A DNA stretch of 64,000 nucleotides from Emiliania huxleyi CCMP1516 (taxonomy: Eukaryota): NCBI RefSeq assembly GCF_000372725.1, contig NW_005202427.1, positions 496,001 to 560,000 on the forward strand, read 5' to 3'. A program made the translations under genes and the position numbers. This document shows, piece by piece, positions 56,611 through 64,000 of this stretch (positions are counted from its first letter, which is position 1; each line of letters starts with the position of its first letter). The notes below the pieces were generated by a model that was not told the origin of the DNA, did no database searches, and saw nothing but the letters and a program-made list of their open reading frames with translations.

Positions 56611-59593
56611 ATGAGCCTCGGCTCCGACAGCGTCGCCACAGCCACCAGCGTCGCGGCTGGGGTCGGTCCGAGCAACGAGCACGAGAAGGCGCTCGACTTT
56701 GCAAACTATTTCGTCTCCTACGGGTACATCTACCACCAGAAGGCGACCGCCTCCTCTCCTCTTCCCGCACCGCCACCTCTCCTCTCCCCGCAGCGGCTCA
56801 CTTGCACCGCGCTGCATCTCGACCGCCGCATCTCTCCTCGTTCCGCAGGATATGCTCCAGGACCGGCTCCGGATGGAGGCGAGACGCAGAGCCGCCTCGC
56901 TCGCGCACTCGACACCGTGGCGCGCCATCAGCCCCGCCTCCTGCTCTCCCCAGGGCTACCGCACCGCCATCCTCAACAACCGCGCCTGCTTCGAGGGCAA
57001 GGCGGTGCTCGACGTCGGAGCTGGCTCGGGCATCCTCGCCATCTGGGCAGCTAAGGCGGGCGCGCGCGTCGTGTATGCTGTCGAGGCGACGTCGATGGCC
57101 AAGCACGCACGCCGGCTCGCAGCGGCAAACGGTGTCGGCGACGTGGTCGTGGTGCTCGAGGGGTACATGGAGCAGGTGACGCTGCCGGAGCAGGTGGGCG
57201 CGAGCAGAGGGCAGAGAGGGAGGAGAGGGAGGAGCAGAGAGAGAAGAGAGCAGAGAGCAGAGAGGGAGGGAGAGAGGGAGGGAGGGAGGGGAGGGAGAAG
57301 GAGCCTAGCCTCACCTCTTGGCCGCAGGTAGACGTGATTGTCTCCGAGTGGATGGGCTACTTCTTGCTGCGCGAATCCATGCTAGACCCCGTCATTGCAG
57401 GCGCGATCTCCCCGTCTCTCCCCATCTCTCCCCATCTCTCCCCACCTCTCCCCGTCTCTCCCCACCTCTCCCCATATCTCCCCATCCCTCCCCACCTCTC
57501 CCCACCTCTCCCCACCTCTCCCCACCTCTCCCCACCTCTCCCCATCCCTCCCCACCTCTCCCCACCTCTCCCCACCTCTCCCCACCTCTCCCCACCTCTC
57601 CGAGGCAATACTCGCTGTCCTCACAGCCCGAGACAAGTGGCTCAAGCCGGGCGGCGCGCTCTTCCCGTCGAGCGCGTCCATCTACCTGGCGCCGCTCTGC
57701 AGCAGCCTGTACGCGCCAAAGCTGCGCGAGTTCGAGCGAGAGGTGTCGGGGTGGTCCCACTTCAAGGACTTCATGGGGCGGGAGAACGGCGTCGACATCA
57801 GCGTGCTCGACGCCGAGTGGCAGCAGGAGCAACCGCCGACACCCCCTCCTGGACACTTCCTAGACCCGTCCTAGACACTGCTTAGACCCTTCCTCGACCC
57901 TTTCCTGTGGCCACGACACGCCCACGACACGCCCACGACATGTCCACGACACGGCTACGATATGTCCACGACACGCCCACGACGCGGCGCCCGCGCCGCA
58001 CAGGAGCAGCCGACTACCTGCTCCACCGCCTCCCCCTATCTCCCCCTACCTCCCCCTATCTCCCCCTACCTCCCCCTATCTCCCCCTATCTCCCCCTATC
58101 TCCCCCTATCTCCCCCTATCTCCCGCACAGGAGCAGCGCGACTACCTGCTCCACTCTTGCCTCTGGCAGCTCATCGACCCGGCCGAGGCGGGAGATAGGG
58201 GGAGATAGGGGGAGATGGGGGGGGATGGGGGGAGATAGGGGAGATGGGGGGGGGGTGGGGAGAGATGGGGGGAGATGTGGGGAGATAGGGGGAGATATGG
58301 AGATATGGCAGCTCATCGACCCGGCCGACCCCCCCCCCCCCGCGCGCGCGCGACAGCGCCACACGCGTCCTCGACACGCCCTTCTCCGCAGGTGGTCGGC
58401 GAGGCGGCGAGGCTGCTCCACTTCGAGACGGCGACGGTCACGCAGGCGGACGTGGCGACCGTCACCCACCTCTCCCCACCTCTCACCCACCTCTCCCCAC
58501 CTCTCACCCACCTCTCCCCATCTCTCCCCACCTCTCCCCACCTCTCCCCACCTCTCCCCACCCCTCCCCACCTCTCCCCACCCCTCCCCACCTCTCCCCA
58601 CCCCTCCCCACCTCTCCCCACCTCTCCCCACCTCTCCCCACCTCTCCCCACCTCTCCCCACCTCTCCCCACCTCTCCCCACCTCTCCCCACATCTCCCCA
58701 CATCTCCCCATATCTCCAGGCGGACGTGGCGACCGTCACTCGCCCCTTCGAGCTGACTCTCTCGAGCGACTCCGAGGTCGGGCTTCGGCTCGTGGTCCAT
58801 ATCTCCCCACATCTCCCCACATCTCCCCCCATCTCCCCAAGGTGTCGGGCTTTGGCTCGTGGTTCGACACCGCCTTCGAGGGCTCGCCCTCCTCGCCCGC
58901 CTCCTCGCCCGTCGTCCTCTCGACGGAGCCGCCCCTCGAGACACATTGGGGCCAGCAGGCGCTTCCTAGACACCCCCTAGACACCTCCCAGACACTTCCT
59001 AGACACTTCCTAGACACCCCCTAGACACCCCCTAGACACCTCCTAGACACCCCCTGACACCCCCTAGACACTTCCTAGACACCTCCTAGACACCCCCTAG
59101 ACACCCCCTAGACACCTCTTAGACACCTCTTAGACACCTCCAGACACACTCCCTAGACCACCCTAGACACCATATCTCCCCATATCTCCCCATATCTCCC
59201 CCGCCGCAGGTCCTCCTCCTCCACCCGCCGCAGCTCGCCGCCGCCGGCGACCTGCTGCGCGGCGACTTCACGCTCGAGAGTGCCCGAGGTTACCCGAGAT
59301 GACCCGAGATTAGGCGACCTGCTGCGCGGCGACTTCACGCTCGAGAGTGCCCGAGGTTACCCGAGATGACCCGAGAGTAGGCGACCTGCTGCACGGCGAC
59401 TTCACGCTCGGCAGACAGCGCGAGAACCACCGGCTGCTCGCGCTCCGGATCCGGCTGCGCCACACGCGCCCCGCGACGGGCGAGGGTGTGTCCCCAGAGC
59501 GGCTCTATTCACAGCTCCACTATTCACACCCTCCTGCTGTGAACAGGCGAGGAGGTGTACCCAGAGCGGGTGATCCACTACAGGGTCGACTGA
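56611..59593 (+). CDS. PRMT10: Protein arginine N-methyltransferase, PRMT10-like, many introns
   Basis: DFANYF.SY.YIYHQK|DMLQDRLRME|GY...VLDVGAGSGILAIWAAKAGA, VDVIVSEWMGYFLLRESM, RDKWLKPGG, GFGSWFD, THWGQQ, GDFTL.R..ENHRL; ends HYRVD* at 59593. Confidence 0.88.
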
Positions 59594-59802
59594 CGCGATC
59601 GCGGAGAGCAGAGGCGGACTGCGGCTCGCAGGCCGGCCCTTTGGCCCTTCGATGCTCCGCGCGGGGCGGCGACTCCCACGCGCGGTGCGCGCGGCCGCGC
59701 GGCGCGGCGCGCTGGGCGCAGGCTGGGCGCGTTGCGCGGTCGGTGCATCGGTGCACAGCGACACAGTGCCCCTCTCTCGGTCTTGCTCTCAGCTCAAATG
59801 CC

Positions 59803-59918
<116 letters not shown>

Positions 59919-60965
59919 TCGTGTGCGTCGCCGCGCTCACTGACACCGCGGGCCGGGTTCTCTGACGCGGTTCTCCGTTACCGTTTGCCCATTCCACATT
60001 ATTGCGTGGCGGCTCCGCGGAGCTCCTTTGCGCTTTGGCTCGGCGCGGGCGCGGGGGCGCGAATAAAAGAATATATTGAACAGCCCAGCGGGATATGTTC
60101 TGAACGGCTGATCGTTGCCAGCTGGCCAGCGGGCACCTCGCACCTCTTTGACCCATCCCTTTCGCTTTCCAGTCGAGTGGAGTCGAGCGGTCCGTCCACC
60201 TGACGGCCACGCTCCTTGCAGACTAGGTCCAGCCCAGGGTGAGGCAGATCTGACGTTTATCTGAAAGTATAGAGATGAGAGTGAGGTAGAACCGGACCCG
60301 GTCAAAGTCGGCGGTTATCGGAGGGGGGGGGTATGACGAAAAACGGCGGGCGCATTTGGGCACATGACTGGGAGAACTCTGTGGTGGACCCGCTGGGCGA
60401 AAGGAGCTCGCAGACCGTTGCAGCCTCACGATGTCATTTTGGAGAGCGGAGCGAGTGCGAGCGGCGAGCTGACACGAGCGCGCTCGCTGATGCGGCGAGG
60501 GGGCAGAGGCAGATGCCCGAGCTGCCGCCGTACGTGCCAGAATTTGACCTCGCGTTCATGTCTCAGATGCTGGGCGTTGGAGCCGTCCGGTCGGAGCTGC
60601 CAGAAGACCCAGCCACTGGCGACGACGAGACGATCATGCAGGAGGCCGCCGTCGACATTGCCCTCCAGCTTTTGACGGATGCGGGATGGCGAGAAGGACG
60701 CACGATGCTCGGGCTGTTGTTGCACTGTTAAATGATAGTTATAGTACCCCCTCGCAGTGGGATTGTGGGCATGATTTTTCGTCCGAGAGAGAGCAGAGTA
60801 GAGGCCCCAAGAGACCCGTCACATGGCCGCCCCGAATCATGCCCACAATCCCACCTCTCGGCTTCGACACGAGGGGAGACGAATTGCATAAAAGGGTCCC
60901 CCCTTGAAACGAGCGCCACCCTCCCGCCTCGATTGGACCAGTTGGTCTCCAAGGTTGGTCTCACC

Positions 60966-63458
60966 ATGGCGGAAAAGCCCAAGGCACCCACGGTCCCGAA
61001 GCCAACGCCCGAGTTCCTGGAGAAAGCGAAGAAGGCGCAGGCGAAGGTGGCATACGAAGGCGGCTGGGCACTCGGCCTCGAAGGCGGTGGCTTTGCCCCT
61101 TGGCCGGCGTCCGAGGGCTTCTTTCGCGGGCTCGAATCGATCAAGGTCGGACAAGGCGATCTCGTACGGCACCACGTCGATTCGATCGGTGAGGCCGGGC
61201 TATGCGCATACTGCTGCCCGTGCTGCATTCCGCGAGTCTGCTTTGCTTTCCCCCGTGCGCTGTGCGGCCCGCTCAACAACGTTCTCGCGGACGTCTTTAC
61301 CTGCGCTTCAGGAGTGATTGCGCTCCAAGTGATGGGCGTCGACGCAAACAAGCGGACGGCGCTGGACAAGGACTCAATCAAAGCCGCCAAGGACGAGAGC
61401 TTCTGCTGCGCCTGCTTGTGCGACCGCGACTTCGTCACCGTCAAGGACGGGTCGCCACCACCCTACATCAACTTCCGCTTCGTCGCGCCGGGCAGCAGCG
61501 GCAGCCGCGCTGCGGCGACGTACAAAGAGCTCGCGACGAACCTTGACAAGACTGTCCGCGACGAGGCAGGGTACGTGCTCGAGCCCGACGGCGAGGTTGT
61601 GCTCACGCCCGCACTACCGCAGTGCGTGACCGAGAAGCGAAAGCAGGAAGAGTACGCCGGGGTCACGTCGATGCTGTTCACGGCGACCCCCGATCGCGTG
61701 GAGACCAAGTACTTCGCTGGGCCTGTCCCCGCTCAGGGGTGCTGCGGCTGGCTGTGGGGCTGGCCGGCCCTGCCATTCCCGTCGACTGATGGGGATGAGG
61801 TCTCCGTGCCCTCGGTCAGGTCCGTCGTCCCCATTGCCCTCGCCACCGCCTCCCAGCCCGCCGCCGCCCTCGCCGCCGCCGCCCAGCCCGCCCTCCCCAA
61901 AGCACGCCCCCGCCCTCCCCACACCGCCACCAGGTTCAACTGCGGCGCCTTCCTCCTCAAGGATGCGGTGGCAGCTGGGACCAACGCTCTGGCGGGGTCA
62001 TCAGGCGAGATCGCCGCCTCCATCTTGGGATGCCCTCCCTTCAGCTGGCTTCCGCCGAAGGTTCAGGAGTGGATGACGAAGAATCTGGAGTACTCGGCCG
62101 ACGTGCCTCTTTATGGCTGGCCCGACGGCAACATGTCAAAGGCGCCCACCAAGCTGCTATTCGACGATTCGGGGTGCGCGCATTCCCCGCTCCTTCATTC
62201 GCCCTCTGTTCTCGCCACAACCGACCCACCGTTTGCGGCGCGTACAGATATTTGCAGTCGAGCAAGATTGCTCCGGCGGTCGCTCGCGGAGTGACCAAGG
62301 TGGTCAACATGACTATCCAGTCCTCCCCTGTGGACAATGTCGCCCTTTGCATGGGCTTCCCCGTCGGGCTTCCCCCTGGGCTTCCGTCAAGCGCCTACCT
62401 GTCGATGTCGGCGATCTTTGACGCCGGAGACGTCTCGCAATCCTGCTACCTCGACGAGTTTTGCAACGTGCCGGACAAGGAGACGGGCAAGTGCGACAAG
62501 AACTACCCACCAAAGTATCCCATACTAAACGGGCCGTACGGCTCGTGGGGCAAGCGCCCGGAGTACAAAGATGTTCGAGTCGACGACCCGGATGACAAAG
62601 GTCCATCTAGATGACAAAGCCACCCCCGCCGCCCCTTCCCCGCCGCCGCCGCATGAAAAGATATTCGAGTCGACCCTGCGGGAAACGCAGCCCCCCCCCC
62701 CCCCACCTACAGACAAGTTGGACAAGTTGGTCAAGTTGCCACCCAAGTTCGCCGCGGCCATCGTGGAGGCCACGGCCCAGTTCTTCGCCTACGACGGCGT
62801 CATCAAGGGCTCCGAGATCAAGATGCCTGACTCAAAACTGTCCATCTTCAAGAGGCAGGGCCCCGAGATCATCGTGTTCAACGATCTCGAAACGATCGAA
62901 AACAGGTACCACGGCGTCGAGCCTACCTCGTCGACAGGGAAGAAAGTCAACTTCCTCGTCTACTCGTATCCCAGCAAAGACTCAGCGAAGAATGCTATGC
63001 CGACGCAGTGGGCCCCTTTGGTCAGCGACGACTCCGGCAAGCCACCCGACCCAACAACCAACCTCGGCAAGTGGGGCTATGACGGCGACGGCAAGACGCA
63101 GGGCTACCTCCTCGAGGAAAAGCTCCCCGGCGACGAGCTGCCCCGGCCGACAATCCCACCGGTATGGATGACGGCGACGGACGACCCGAACTTGCCCTTT
63201 GGGCATTACAGCGGCGTGCTCAACCCCGCCTTCGCCAACTTTCCGAACTACTATCCGCTCGGGATTTTCCCTATTGAGGGCAGGTACCCGCCTGACGTCG
63301 CCAACCTGGCCGCCGACCTCGCGTGCGAACGACTTCTCGCACTCAAAGCCCACAATGTTCATGTTGTGACCCTTTCCCCTCTGCTGCACAGGTGCTGGTC
63401 TGTGCGCGCCGCGGCAAAGACGGTGGTTGAGTTTGCCGGGCACGAGCTCGCTGATTAG
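60966..63458 (+). CDS. cPLA2/lysophospholipase/patatin-like hydrolase (tentative); introns 61820-61933, 62174-62247, 62601-62712, ~63323-63391
   Basis: Gly-rich LEGGGF, nucleophile-like GSSGS, and spliced LFDDSG|YLQSSKIAPAVARGVTKVV (DxG plus RGV motif). Splice phases are mutually consistent. Confidence 0.6.
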
Positions 63459-64000
63459 TTGGCGCCCGGAAGTCGCACTAGACTGTGCTGGCCGACCGCC
63501 CCACGCCTCTCGCCGCGTCCGATTGCCCGACCAAGAGCGCTACACATCTGCTCACACATCTGCTCGCTCGCGCGTTACGCCCGATTGTCGCTCGGCGCGC
63601 GACAAGCACATGCACATGTGCATGTGTGGTGTGGTTATCCATCGCGTCCGAGTCCCCGTCGTTCATGTTGATATAGATTGTCATTGAGATTGGTCCTAAA
63701 CGACTCCTGGGTTGGCTGGCCCCGAGAGCTGCGTCTCGAGCTCCCGTGTGCCGTTGCCAGACGACCCCGAGCGTCGGCGCCCAAATAAGGCCCATCGCGC
63801 CGATTGCCGGGGAAGTCGATTCCAGTGAGTCTCAAAAAGGCCCATCGACGAGGTTGGGGTCGTTGCCCGGTAGGAGGGTGGCGGCCGTAGCTGCCCCGGG
63901 CTGGGTGGGATGCAAGGCCAGCTCGCAGCTGCTCTGCAGTATGTCACGGCTCGTGCCGTATGTCACGGGCTCATGTGGCTGTCGCGTGGCGATTAGGTCC

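Noticed and set aside
60333..60731. 132-aa ORF
   Set aside because: Short with no recognisable motif; coding status cannot be supported.

Overview
GC-rich eukaryotic genomic DNA. Frequent GC-AG and apparent GA-AG introns, 10-11 bp intronic minisatellites, an ASAF-type bipartite plastid leader and the gene families present all point to a haptophyte such as Emiliania/Gephyrocapsa (inference). There are three 100-N assembly gaps. Recognisable genes: a RING/TRAF-ZnF/ARM protein, a secreted arylsulfotransferase-sulfatase-3x F-type-lectin fusion, an RNF5/RNF185-like E3 ligase, a DTW-domain protein, a large multi-TM TIR-domain receptor and an internally deleted paralog, an ankyrin protein, plastid TatA/Tha4, a TRAF-ZnF-repeat protein, an S28 peptidase-flavin amine oxidase fusion, a CLPTM1-like protein abutting an F-box/RCC1 ORF, a PRMT10-like methyltransferase and a cPLA2/patatin-like hydrolase. 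Mobile DNA: 5'-truncated non-LTR retroelement copies with (TTTC)n tails and 14-15 bp TSDs, a TTAA-flanked TIR element, and hAT-type elements with 8-bp TSDs, one nested in a TA-flanked MITE. The strongest candidate for a novel system is the TIR receptor, whose ectodomain includes five interchangeable 81-bp phase-0 exons between near-identical introns, varying at fixed codons. The two enzyme fusions come next. All exon structures were read by eye and need RNA-seq confirmation.
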